64,000 bases of DNA from an uncultured Erysipelotrichaceae bacterium (GTDB taxonomy: Bacteria; Bacillota_I; Bacilli_A; Erysipelotrichales; Erysipelotrichaceae), in contig CALVGN010000040.1 in NCBI GenBank assembly GCA_944327105.1, positions 4,247 through 68,246 of the forward strand. Direction: 5' to 3'. Below, in pieces: positions 1-8,245 of the stretch; positions within the stretch are counted from its first letter, which is position 1, and each line of letters opens with the position of its first letter. The position numbers and the translations under genes were made by a program. Under the pieces are notes generated by a model, which was not told the DNA's origin, did not search any database, and worked only from the letters and a program-made list of their open reading frames with translations.

Positions 1-124
1 TGGAATCGGGATATTTCAGTCCGGCTTCAATGACAAAAATATCATCACCGTCTTCGACGATGAACATGTTTTTGCCGTCTTCATCCAGACCGCCCAATGC
101 AAACAATCTTAATTTGTTACTCAT
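1..124 (-). CDS. rnj: ribonuclease J, N-terminal fragment (gene runs off the window start)
   Basis: The reverse-strand ATG at 124-122 translates to MSNKLRLFALGGLDEDGKNMFIVEDGDDIFVIEAGLKYPDS. This carries the ALGGL-E-GKN...IDAG-K-P signature of the RNase J N-terminus. The start overlaps the miaB stop (ATGAGTAA). Confidence 0.6.
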   Translation of the reverse strand, partial: MSNKLRLFALGGLDEDGKNMFIVEDGDDIFVIEAGLKYPDS

Positions 125-1619
125 TCGTTTCTCCGTTATTGATGGCGATCCCATCGAGTGAATAGGATTTCACTTCCGTGATCTTGACCTGCACTATATC
201 CCCACAATGGATCCCTTCACCGCTAAAATTGACCAATTTGTTATGCCGAGTATAACCACTCCATACATCGTCATTTTTTTTGCTTGGTCCATCCACTAGC
301 ACTTCCACGATCGCATCCTTGTATTTCTGATTATTCAGATTGCTGTAATACGTGATGCGTTCATTGAGCTGCTGCAGCCGTTTTTGCTTTTCGCTAAACG
401 GGATGTGATCTTCCATCTTGGCAGCCGGTGTGCCTTCGCGGGGTGAATAGATGAAGGTGTAAGCCAGATCATACTGGCAGCGATCGACCAAGGATAGCGT
501 GTCTTCAAACTGGGCTTGGGTTTCGTTTGGAAAACCGACGATGATATCCGTGGAAAAGGTCACGTCGGGAATCGCCGTTTTGATCTTGTCGACCAAAGTC
601 AGGTAATGCTCGCGTGTGTAACGTCTGCCCATCAGTTTGAGTATGTCACTGTTTCCGGATTGGACCGGAAGATGAATCGCTGGCATTATATTATCATACT
701 TTGCAATCACCGTGATCATTTCATCCTCAAAATCAAACGGATGTGATGTGGTAAAGCGGATACGGGGGATGCCGGTTAAGGCCACTTGTTCCAAAAGCGT
801 GGCAAATGTGGTTTGACCATCCAGATCCTTGCCATAGGCATTCACGTTTTGGCCTAACAATGTCACTTCCTTGTACCCTTGAGTTTTGAGTTGGTTCACT
901 TCATCGATGATATCTGCCATTTTACGGGAACGTTGCTTGCCACGGGTAAAAGGAACGATGCAATACGTACAAAATTTATCGCACCCATACATGATATGCA
1001 CAAATGCTTTGTGGCGGCTATTGCGTTGTGCCGGCAGATTTTCCACCACTTCACCTTGATTGCTGAGCACTTCGACGGTACGTTCTTTGCTTAAAACCGC
1101 ATTGAGCAACAAATCCGGCAGACGATGGATATTGTGTGTTCCAAAAATCAAATCGACTTGAGGGTACTTGGATAAGATCAGATTCACGGTGGCTTCTTCT
1201 TGGGCCATGCAGCCGCATACACCTAAAATCAAGTCCGGATTGTTGCGTTTGAGTTGTTTAATGGCACCCAGCTGTCCAAAGACTTTATCCTCAGCATTTT
1301 GACGGATCGCACAGGTATTCAGCAGGATCACATCAGCTTGTTCCATCGCATCGGTTTTCGCATATCCCATGCGTTCAAACAATCCGGCTAAAGTCTCACT
1401 ATCGCGTTCATTGGCTGCACAACCATAGGTGCGAATGAAATAATATCGCCCTTTGCCCAGATCGACGGTGGCTTCGGGTAATGAAAAATCGGTACGGAAA
1501 ATCGCATCATCGCCCGGCGTACGGACACGGGCGGCTTTTAAATCAGGAAGGATATAGTTTTTCTTTTTATTCATAGAGATATATTCTATCAGGTTTAAGG
1601 ATGGTTCAACCATAATCAT
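117..1619 (-). CDS. miaB: tRNA-i6A37 methylthiotransferase MiaB
   Basis: 500-aa ORF with an MTTase N-domain (YFIRTYGCAANERDSE), a radical-SAM CxxxCxxC (YGCDKFCTYCIVP) and a C-terminal TRAM-like region. The true start is probably the ATG at 1574 (MNKKKNY). Confidence 0.9.
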   Translation of the reverse strand: MIMVEPSLNLIEYISMNKKKNYILPDLKAARVRTPGDDAIFRTDFSLPEATVDLGKGRYYFIRTYGCAANERDSETLAGLFERMGYAKTDAMEQADVILLNTCAIRQNAEDKVFGQLGAIKQLKRNNPDLILGVCGCMAQEEATVNLILSKYPQVDLIFGTHNIHRLPDLLLNAVLSKERTVEVLSNQGEVVENLPAQRNSRHKAFVHIMYGCDKFCTYCIVPFTRGKQRSRKMADIIDEVNQLKTQGYKEVTLLGQNVNAYGKDLDGQTTFATLLEQVALTGIPRIRFTTSHPFDFEDEMITVIAKYDNIMPAIHLPVQSGNSDILKLMGRRYTREHYLTLVDKIKTAIPDVTFSTDIIVGFPNETQAQFEDTLSLVDRCQYDLAYTFIYSPREGTPAAKMEDHIPFSEKQKRLQQLNERITYYSNLNNQKYKDAIVEVLVDGPSKKNDDVWSGYTRHNKLVNFSGEGIHCGDIVQVKITEVKSYSLDGIAINNGETNE

Positions 1620-1724
1620 CCATGTAAGCGGTTAGATAAAGGAAATTATGGTTTCAATGGTTTAACCATCGATTTTTTCGATTAAAATAATACACGTTTT
1701 ATCAGGAAAGGATGGTTCGACCAT
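1601..1724. repeat. three copies of the 13-nt palindrome ATGGTTNNACCAT in the miaB/phosphatase divergent intergenic region
   Basis: ATGGTTCAACCAT at 1601-1613, ATGGTTTAACCAT at 1657-1669, and ATGGTTCGACCAT at 1712-1724. The last one overlaps the ATG at 1723. Confidence 0.9.
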
Positions 1725-2454
1725 GAATCAGTTTCGTATACTCCATATCCCTCATATGACCAATCTACGTGATCTTGGTGGTTACCAGACCATAGATGGC
1801 AAGATCACCCGCTATGGCCGTGTATTCCGCAGTGACACCTTATCCAATATGGATCCCAATCAGCTCACGGATTTTATTCAAACCAACCACATCAGTGCCG
1901 TCATCGATTTACGCCGACCCAATGAAGGTGGTGACACCAAGTATGCGTTACCAAATGGATGTACCTACCATAACATTCCTTATTGGTACAACATCGCGGA
2001 TGACAAGCAACGCAAAAGTCATGTGGACTTTTCCCAATATACCGTATCTCAGTTTTATATGGCCATGGTATCCCATGGTTGGGACAAGACTATTCCCATC
2101 ATGCATATCATTGCCGATACTTTATCTAAAGGCGAATCGGTTCTGTTTCACTGTACCTTTGGCAAAGACCGTACCGGTATCATCGCCAGTATGGTGTTAT
2201 CCATCGTTGGATGTTATGAAAGTGACATCATGACGGATTATATGATTTCCTTCCCGTTGATCCATAAAAACGAGTTGGAACCATTGATGGACAATACGGA
2301 AGAGAATCGCTTCCAGCGCTCAGATGCCATCAACATGTTCGAATTGATGGAATATTATGATGCCATAAATCTCAAACAGGCGATGCTTGATCATGGTTTA
2401 GATCAAAAAGATCTGGACATTATCGTGCATGAATTGACTGCATCCGTGGAATAA
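1723..2454 (+). CDS. protein-tyrosine phosphatase (Y_phosphatase3-like)
   Basis: 243-aa ORF with the CX5R(S/T) P-loop HCTFGKDRTG. AAAGGA lies upstream of the ATG. Confidence 0.8.
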   Translation: MNQFRILHIPHMTNLRDLGGYQTIDGKITRYGRVFRSDTLSNMDPNQLTDFIQTNHISAVIDLRRPNEGGDTKYALPNGCTYHNIPYWYNIADDKQRKSHVDFSQYTVSQFYMAMVSHGWDKTIPIMHIIADTLSKGESVLFHCTFGKDRTGIIASMVLSIVGCYESDIMTDYMISFPLIHKNELEPLMDNTEENRFQRSDAINMFELMEYYDAINLKQAMLDHGLDQKDLDIIVHELTASVE

Positions 2455-2470
2455 ACCTTTATCATTTAAA

Positions 2471-2508
2471 ATCAACAGACCGTACGCTGATGCGTACGGT
2501 CTGTTGAT
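2471..2508. terminator. 17-bp perfect hairpin between convergent genes
   Basis: atcaacagaccgtacgc-tgat-gcgtacggtctgttgat. It lies between the phosphatase stop (2454) and the murQ stop (2527). The U-tract is weak. Confidence 0.6.
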
Positions 2509-2526
2509 TATGTGGTTGGACCACTA

Positions 2527-3441
2527 TTAATGTTTCAACGCTGCAATGGCCTCTCGGACTTTGCCGCCATTTTCGCTCAACGCTTTATCTGCAGCCTCAT
2601 AATCACACTGGCTTTCATACATCACCACCGCATGGGCCACACTCGCTTTTCCTTTATCATACAGATCGGAAGCCGTGGTTTCATCACAACCGGTAATGCG
2701 CTGGATCATCGTCTTGCTGCGGGCAACCAGCTTGATATTGGTGGGCTGAACATACACCATATAATTTTTATAAACCTTGCCACATTTGATCATGGTGGCA
2801 GTAGAGAGCATGTTCAATACCATTTTCTGCGCCGTGCCGGCTTTCATGCGGGTAGATCCGGATATAACTTCTGCGCCGACCACTGGTGCGATCGCAATTT
2901 GGGCGACTTTGTTCATTTCCCCTTCTTTGTTACAGCTGACGGAAATCGTCAATGCACCCACTTCATTGCCATAACGCAATGCTGCAATGGTATACGGAGT
3001 ACGTCCGCTGGCGGCAATACCGATCACGATATCCTTCTCGCAGACATCATGGGCTTTCAGATCGGCAACACCCATTTCTTCACTGTCTTCAGCACCTTCC
3101 ACAGCCTTATACATGGCGCCATCCCCGCCAGCCATCAAACCGAAAGCACGGGTTGGTGGAACGGAATAGGTCGGAGTCAATTCAACGGCATCCAATGTAC
3201 CCAAACGGCCACTCGTTCCGGCACCGCAATAAATGATCCGACCACCGTTGGCGAATCGTTTGGCCATTTCATCGACGGCATGAGCAATGGACGGTAATTC
3301 TTTTTCGATCGCCAAAGCGACTTTCTGATCTTCTTTGTTGATCAGTGTGACCATGGATAAGGTATCCAGGGCATCGATGTTTTCCGTTGCAGTGTTGGCA
3401 CTTTCAGTAGTCAGTGCATTCAATTGTGTCATATGTATCAT
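2527..3441 (-). CDS. murQ: N-acetylmuramic acid 6-phosphate etherase
   Basis: 304-aa SIS-domain ORF with a MurQ-like N-terminus (LTTESANTATENIDALDT) and GAGTSGRLG. There is an alternative start at 3432. Confidence 0.85.
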   Translation of the reverse strand: MIHMTQLNALTTESANTATENIDALDTLSMVTLINKEDQKVALAIEKELPSIAHAVDEMAKRFANGGRIIYCGAGTSGRLGTLDAVELTPTYSVPPTRAFGLMAGGDGAMYKAVEGAEDSEEMGVADLKAHDVCEKDIVIGIAASGRTPYTIAALRYGNEVGALTISVSCNKEGEMNKVAQIAIAPVVGAEVISGSTRMKAGTAQKMVLNMLSTATMIKCGKVYKNYMVYVQPTNIKLVARSKTMIQRITGCDETTASDLYDKGKASVAHAVVMYESQCDYEAADKALSENGGKVREAIAALKH

Positions 3442-3557
3442 GTTCCTTTCGTTTTTTCTGCGTCAAAGCCATTATAGACGCTTTATAGATTTGACGAAAG
3501 CGTTTTCGCGATGATTTGACCATGATGAGCTTCAAGAAATGGTGATACCATAAAAAC

Positions 3558-4007
3558 ATGATTGTAAATGAAATGAAATCCCATGGGGATCAGGCGGTCG
3601 ATCTGCATCAAATGGAAGGCTACAACTGCACATAATCCATCATTGCCACTTATGCTCCCATCGTTGGATATGATCCAACCATTGCCTATCGGTTTGCCGA
3701 AGGTTTCGGTTCCGGAACCGGACGATTGCAAGGCATGTGCGGGGTGATCAGTGCCGTCACCATGATTCTTGGCTATCTCAACAGTAACGGCAATATGGAA
3801 AGTGCGCAGATGCGCAGCAAAGCAACCACGTATCAGTACACCAGTCGATTCACCAAAGATTTCTTTGACCGTTATTCCACGATCATTTGTTTTGATTTGA
3901 AGCGGCCTCAATTACCCACCTACACACCGTGTACGGATTTGATCCGCTTTGCCTGTCAATGGTTAGACCAATATCTAAAAGAAAAAGACACAGGATCCGT
4001 CAAATGA
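3558..4007 (+). pseudogene. C_GCAxxG_C_C-family (putative redox-active) gene interrupted by an in-frame TAA at 3633-3635
   Basis: One frame reads MIVNEMKSHGDQAVDLHQMEGYNCT*SIIATYAPIVGYDPTIAYRFAEGFGSGTGRLQGMCGVISAV...CFDLK...CTDLIRFACQWL. The stop sits where the family normally has the Gln of YNCAQ. The full length would be 149 aa. Confidence 0.7.
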
Positions 4008-4026
4008 GGGATCCTGTCTTTTTGTT
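3990..4026 (+). terminator. rho-independent terminator
   Basis: 9-bp stem (acaggatcc / ggatcctgt) followed by cttttTgttt. The TGA stop lies in the loop. Confidence 0.7.
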
Positions 4027-4034
4027 TATTCTGC

Positions 4035-4193
4035 TTAATACGGAATCGAAATATATTCTGCGATCTTGATTTTGGGCTGCTCATCCATCGATGAGCTTTC
4101 CAAAAATGTGGTGCTGCGTGCACGCCACACTAAAATCAAAATCAGAATGACGATCATGATCAAACCAATCAATACACTGGTACTGCGCTTCAT
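4035..4193 (-). CDS. small hypothetical membrane protein (52 aa)
   Basis: Translates to MKRSTSVLIGLIMIVILILILVWRARSTTFLESSSMDEQPKIKIAEYISIPY. It has one TM helix and lies downstream of gpsA in the same orientation. The SD is weak. It is not in the ORF track because it is under 60 aa. Confidence 0.35.
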   Translation of the reverse strand: MKRSTSVLIGLIMIVILILILVWRARSTTFLESSSMDEQPKIKIAEYISIPY

Positions 4194-4283
4194 AATGAAT
4201 CTAACCTTGATTCAAGTGTAGCGAAACAATACGGTAAGAATTTGTGAAATACATTCGTTTTTATGTGGTTTGACCACAATCTG

Positions 4284-5276
4284 TCAGTCTTCGCTTTTTA
4301 ATTTTCGGCGCATCAGATCGTTGATGGCATCACTGGGTTTTTTGTTTTCGTATAAGATTTTGTAGACTTCTGTCGTGATCGGCATGCTGATGCCACGGCG
4401 TATGGCTTCTTCATAGACGATCTTGCATGCTTTAACACCTTCCACCGTTTTGGTATTGGTGGCCCAGAAATGCTCAGCCGTGTTGTCTTTGCCAATTTGC
4501 AGTCCGGCAGAGAAATTGCGGCTGGAATGGGATGTGCAGGTGACGATCAAATCTCCGATACCGGTCAATCCGAAATAGGTTTCCGGTTCCCCGCCCATCG
4601 CAACGCCATAGCGTCGCATTTCGACCAAGCCACGAGTCATCAATGCCGCTTTTGCATTGTCACCTTGTCCTAACCCGGTCAATATGCCACTGGCGATCGC
4701 TAAAATATTTTTGATTGCAACACCGGCTTCCGAACCGATGATATCACCCGATGTATATACTCTGAAATAATCATTGCTGAACAGTTTCTGCACGGTTAGC
4801 GCTGCATTGGCGTTGGTGGAAACTGCCGCAACACTGGTTAACAGGCGGTTGGCGACTTCAATGGCTAACGATGGTCCAACCAATGCAACCATGGCACGAC
4901 AATGTTTTCCCAATGTGGTTTCGATGACTTCACTCAAGCGCTGATGGGTGTTTGGATCAAATCCTTTCGCCACATTGATGGCAATGACATCATGATCGAG
5001 CATATCCGCCACATTTTTGGCCACACTGGATATGGCAGCTGCCGGAACGGCAAAAAGAATGACGTCACTTTGGTTGACCACGGATAGATCCGTGGTTGCA
5101 TCGATGGCCGCATTGAACACGATATCTCCGAAATAATGCGAATTGGTATGATGCGTATTGAATTCTTCGATAGCCTGCGTATCGATACCCCAAAGATGCA
5201 CCGACGTTGCGTTATCCGCCAGTACTTGGGCCAAGGCGGTGCCCCAGGCACCGCTGCCTAATATGGTCACAACCAT
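4284..5276 (-). CDS. gpsA: NAD(P)H-dependent glycerol-3-phosphate dehydrogenase
   Basis: 330-aa ORF with an N-terminal Rossmann motif ILGSGAWGTALA. The der-gpsA order is conserved. Confidence 0.9.
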   Translation of the reverse strand: MVVTILGSGAWGTALAQVLADNATSVHLWGIDTQAIEEFNTHHTNSHYFGDIVFNAAIDATTDLSVVNQSDVILFAVPAAAISSVAKNVADMLDHDVIAINVAKGFDPNTHQRLSEVIETTLGKHCRAMVALVGPSLAIEVANRLLTSVAAVSTNANAALTVQKLFSNDYFRVYTSGDIIGSEAGVAIKNILAIASGILTGLGQGDNAKAALMTRGLVEMRRYGVAMGGEPETYFGLTGIGDLIVTCTSHSSRNFSAGLQIGKDNTAEHFWATNTKTVEGVKACKIVYEEAIRRGISMPITTEVYKILYENKKPSDAINDLMRRKLKSED

Positions 5277-5278
5277 GC

Positions 5279-6598
5279 TTATACCTTCTTTCGTACGATG
5301 ATATGGATCGGCGTTCCTTCAAACCCGAATGCTTCGCGCAAGCGGTTTTCGATATAGCGCTGATAAGAAAAATGCATCAGTTTTTCATCATTGACACTCA
5401 GCACAAATGTCGGTGGAGCCACCGAAACCTGCGTCGCGTAATAAATCTTGAGCCGTTTGCCGTTGATGGCTGGTGCGGGTGTAATGAGTTGGGCATCTTG
5501 GATGACTTCATTGAGCACATTGGTGGCAATACGCAATTGACTCGATTGGTATACAGTATTGACCATATCCAATATCTCATTGACCCTTTGTCCACTTTTG
5601 GCCGAAACAAATAGGATCGGCGCATAACTCAAATACACAAACGCATCTTTGATTTTCGAACGGATTTCATCTGCCGTCTTGTCATCCTTTTCAACGGTAT
5701 CCCACTTGTTATAGACGATCACGATCGGCTTGCCGGCTTCATGGGCATAGCCGGCAACATGCTTGTCCTGATCGACGATCCCGCTTTCCCCATCCAGCAC
5801 GAATACCACGACATCACTGCGCTCAATGGCCGACAAGGAACGTAACACTGAATATTTTTCGATATTTTCGTAAACTTTGCCTTTTTTGCGGATCCCGGCC
5901 GTATCGATGCAAACATAATCGATGCCGTTGGCTTGAAACGGTGTATCGATCGCGTCCCGGGTCGTGCCGGAAACATTCGAAACGATCACACGTTGCTGGT
6001 GCAACAATGCATTGACCAGACTGCTTTTGCCGACATTGGGCCGACCGATCAACGAAAAAGCAATGGATCCTTGGTAATCGGGTAATTGGATATCTGAAAG
6101 TGTTGAAACCACACCATCAAGCAAATCACCGATACCGATACCATGCAGACAACTGATCGCCAATGGATCGCCCAAACCCAGTTGGTAAAAATCATAAATG
6201 GCACCGATTTGTGACCCGTCATCGATATGATTGACGGCCAGGATCACCGGCTTGCCGCTTTTGCGCAGCATGCGGGCGATCATCTGATCATCACTGGTCA
6301 CACCTGCCATGCCGTTGGTGACCATGATGATCACATTGGCTTCATCTATAGCAATTTCGACCTGTGCTGCGATCTCTTTGGCAAAGGGTTGATCTTCCAG
6401 CTGGATGCCGCCGGTATCGATCACACGGAACTCACGGGTCAGCCAGCTGGCTTTCCCATAAATGCGATCGCGGGTGACTCCGGCAGTATCATCGATGATG
6501 GATACACGGGTGCCGATCATTCGATTGAACAATGTACTTTTGCCGACATTGGGTCGACCGACTATCGCTACAACACCGCTAATCATGGTGCTCACCAT
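5279..6598 (-). CDS. der: ribosome-associated GTPase Der/EngA
   Basis: 439-aa ORF with two G domains (GRPNVGKSTLFN and GRPNVGKSSLVN) and a KH-like C-terminus. Confidence 0.92.
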   Translation of the reverse strand: MVSTMISGVVAIVGRPNVGKSTLFNRMIGTRVSIIDDTAGVTRDRIYGKASWLTREFRVIDTGGIQLEDQPFAKEIAAQVEIAIDEANVIIMVTNGMAGVTSDDQMIARMLRKSGKPVILAVNHIDDGSQIGAIYDFYQLGLGDPLAISCLHGIGIGDLLDGVVSTLSDIQLPDYQGSIAFSLIGRPNVGKSSLVNALLHQQRVIVSNVSGTTRDAIDTPFQANGIDYVCIDTAGIRKKGKVYENIEKYSVLRSLSAIERSDVVVFVLDGESGIVDQDKHVAGYAHEAGKPIVIVYNKWDTVEKDDKTADEIRSKIKDAFVYLSYAPILFVSAKSGQRVNEILDMVNTVYQSSQLRIATNVLNEVIQDAQLITPAPAINGKRLKIYYATQVSVAPPTFVLSVNDEKLMHFSYQRYIENRLREAFGFEGTPIHIIVRKKV

Positions 6599-7265
6599 CC
6601 CCGGTTTGGGTTTGAATAATATGGATCAGCGTGGTGACGGTGGCATCAAAATCCAATGTACTGGAATCCACCAGGATCGCATCTTTGGCTTGAACCAACG
6701 GTGAATGGATACGCGTCGTATCCTGTTGATCTCGTTTTTTGACATCGTCGAGCACCTGTGCGTACGTACATTCGATCTTTTTTTCTTGATTCTGCAGGTA
6801 TCGACGCTTTGCGCGTTCTTCCACATCGGCCGTTAAAAAGATCTTCACTTCGGCATTAGGCAAAACCACCGTACCGATGTCCCGACCATCCATGATACAA
6901 CCGCCATTGGATGCCATATCCTGCTGCAATGCAACGCAATAATCCCGTACCGGCTGGTAACGGGCGATTGTAGATGCAGCCAAGGATACGTTGTCTGCAC
7001 GGATCAGATCGCCGAGCACTTGACCATTTAGGCGTAATTGGTGAAAGGCATCATAATCGATATGGCAATTGGGTAAATGATGCACCACTGCGGCCTCGTC
7101 AAACGTATCGACATTGGCAATGATCATGCCATAGGCAATGGCACGATACATCGCACCGGTGTCGATATACGTCAGATCCAGTTTCGCGGCAATGGCTTTG
7201 CAGATGGTGCTTTTCCCGGCACCGGAAGGACCGTCGACAGCCACGTTATAGTATGGTCGAACCAT
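6579..7265 (-). CDS. cmk: cytidylate kinase
   Basis: 228-aa ORF with the P-loop DGPSGAGKST. The cmk-der order is conserved. Confidence 0.9.
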   Translation of the reverse strand: MVRPYYNVAVDGPSGAGKSTICKAIAAKLDLTYIDTGAMYRAIAYGMIIANVDTFDEAAVVHHLPNCHIDYDAFHQLRLNGQVLGDLIRADNVSLAASTIARYQPVRDYCVALQQDMASNGGCIMDGRDIGTVVLPNAEVKIFLTADVEERAKRRYLQNQEKKIECTYAQVLDDVKKRDQQDTTRIHSPLVQAKDAILVDSSTLDFDATVTTLIHIIQTQTGDGEHHD

Positions 7266-8239
7266 CAGATCACACCTTTCATCAGCAAAATTGCGTAAAT
7301 GATCACGACCAGGATCACCACCAGGGCAATGACGATCAACACCAGAATAAAATTGACCAGACGAGTATTGTGTCCGACTTTGTCCTCGATATCATCCAGA
7401 TTTTCATCCATTTCATCATACTGCTGCGCCAGACGTACCGCTTGTTTCGCGGTTTGTTCCAAAAGATCCTTCTGACGTTGGGCGGAATTGGAAGACATGT
7501 CAAAGGTCGTATTATCCCGTTTAGTGGATTTAAGTTGCATCAACTGCGGTTCATCATCCACGATCGTTTCAGATTGCGCAGCATCACCCGATGGTGCAAC
7601 CACCGCTGAATCATCATTGAGCAGGCTCTGCAATTCCTGGGTAATGGAATTGCGTTTGTCCAATACCGATGCTTGTACCGCTGCCAATTGCTGTTCATCC
7701 ATCACCGTTTCATGGGTATGGGTCGATGCTGATGCATTGGTTGAACCATTGGCCAAACCATCTTCATACAATGCATTTCCATTTTGATACGCACGGATCT
7801 TCGGTGCATCCGTTTGACTTGTACCATTGTTTGACGCATTTGTGCGTTTGGGTTTGAGTGAAGAAATGATATTGAGTTGGGTATCTTCGTTTTGCGCATA
7901 CCCCTGTTCCACATTGTATTTTTTTACTTCATCCAAAAATTCATCGAGATATTCATTCTTGAACGACTCATTTTTTGCTGATGGGACAACATTGGATGAC
8001 ATGGTCGACCCATGGTTTCCTCTGGCCTGATCCACGGAATCATAGGTGCGCATGCGGGAAGCCACACTGGAATTGGGTGTGGGATTGGACCGAGTGACAT
8101 CCCGAGCCAAAGACGCATCGATGCGATTGAGCCGGTTGCTGAAATCGGCCAGATCATCACTGGCCAGCGATTCTTCATTGCCATATGCGATCTGATTGCG
8201 ATAGGCTTCATATTTTTTCAAGCGGGAAAGTTTCGCCAT
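7265..8239 (-). CDS. hypothetical tail-anchored membrane protein
   Basis: 324-aa ORF. The body is low-complexity and polar or coiled-coil-like. A single C-terminal TM (LVNFILVLIVIALVVILVVIIYAILL) is present. I recognise no family. Its stop shares 1 nt with the cmk ATG. Confidence 0.55.
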   Translation of the reverse strand: MAKLSRLKKYEAYRNQIAYGNEESLASDDLADFSNRLNRIDASLARDVTRSNPTPNSSVASRMRTYDSVDQARGNHGSTMSSNVVPSAKNESFKNEYLDEFLDEVKKYNVEQGYAQNEDTQLNIISSLKPKRTNASNNGTSQTDAPKIRAYQNGNALYEDGLANGSTNASASTHTHETVMDEQQLAAVQASVLDKRNSITQELQSLLNDDSAVVAPSGDAAQSETIVDDEPQLMQLKSTKRDNTTFDMSSNSAQRQKDLLEQTAKQAVRLAQQYDEMDENLDDIEDKVGHNTRLVNFILVLIVIALVVILVVIIYAILLMKGVI

Positions 8240-8245
8240 ATTTGT

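Noticed and set aside
2512-3297. 261-aa plus-strand ORF overlapping murQ.
   Set aside because: It is antisense to a clear MurQ (SIS-domain) gene. The translation is His/Gly/Phe-rich nonsense typical of shadow frames.
3633-3635. Genetic-code change (TAA read as a sense codon).
   Set aside because: TAA terminates many well-delimited genes in this window at the expected protein lengths, for example miaB, the HlyD adaptor and prsA. A global reassignment is not supported.
3483-3911. 142-aa minus-strand ORF from the track.
   Set aside because: It is antisense to the plus-strand frame, which reads as a recognisable C_GCAxxG_C_C-family protein along its whole length. The minus-strand translation has no recognisable features. 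It is a shadow ORF.
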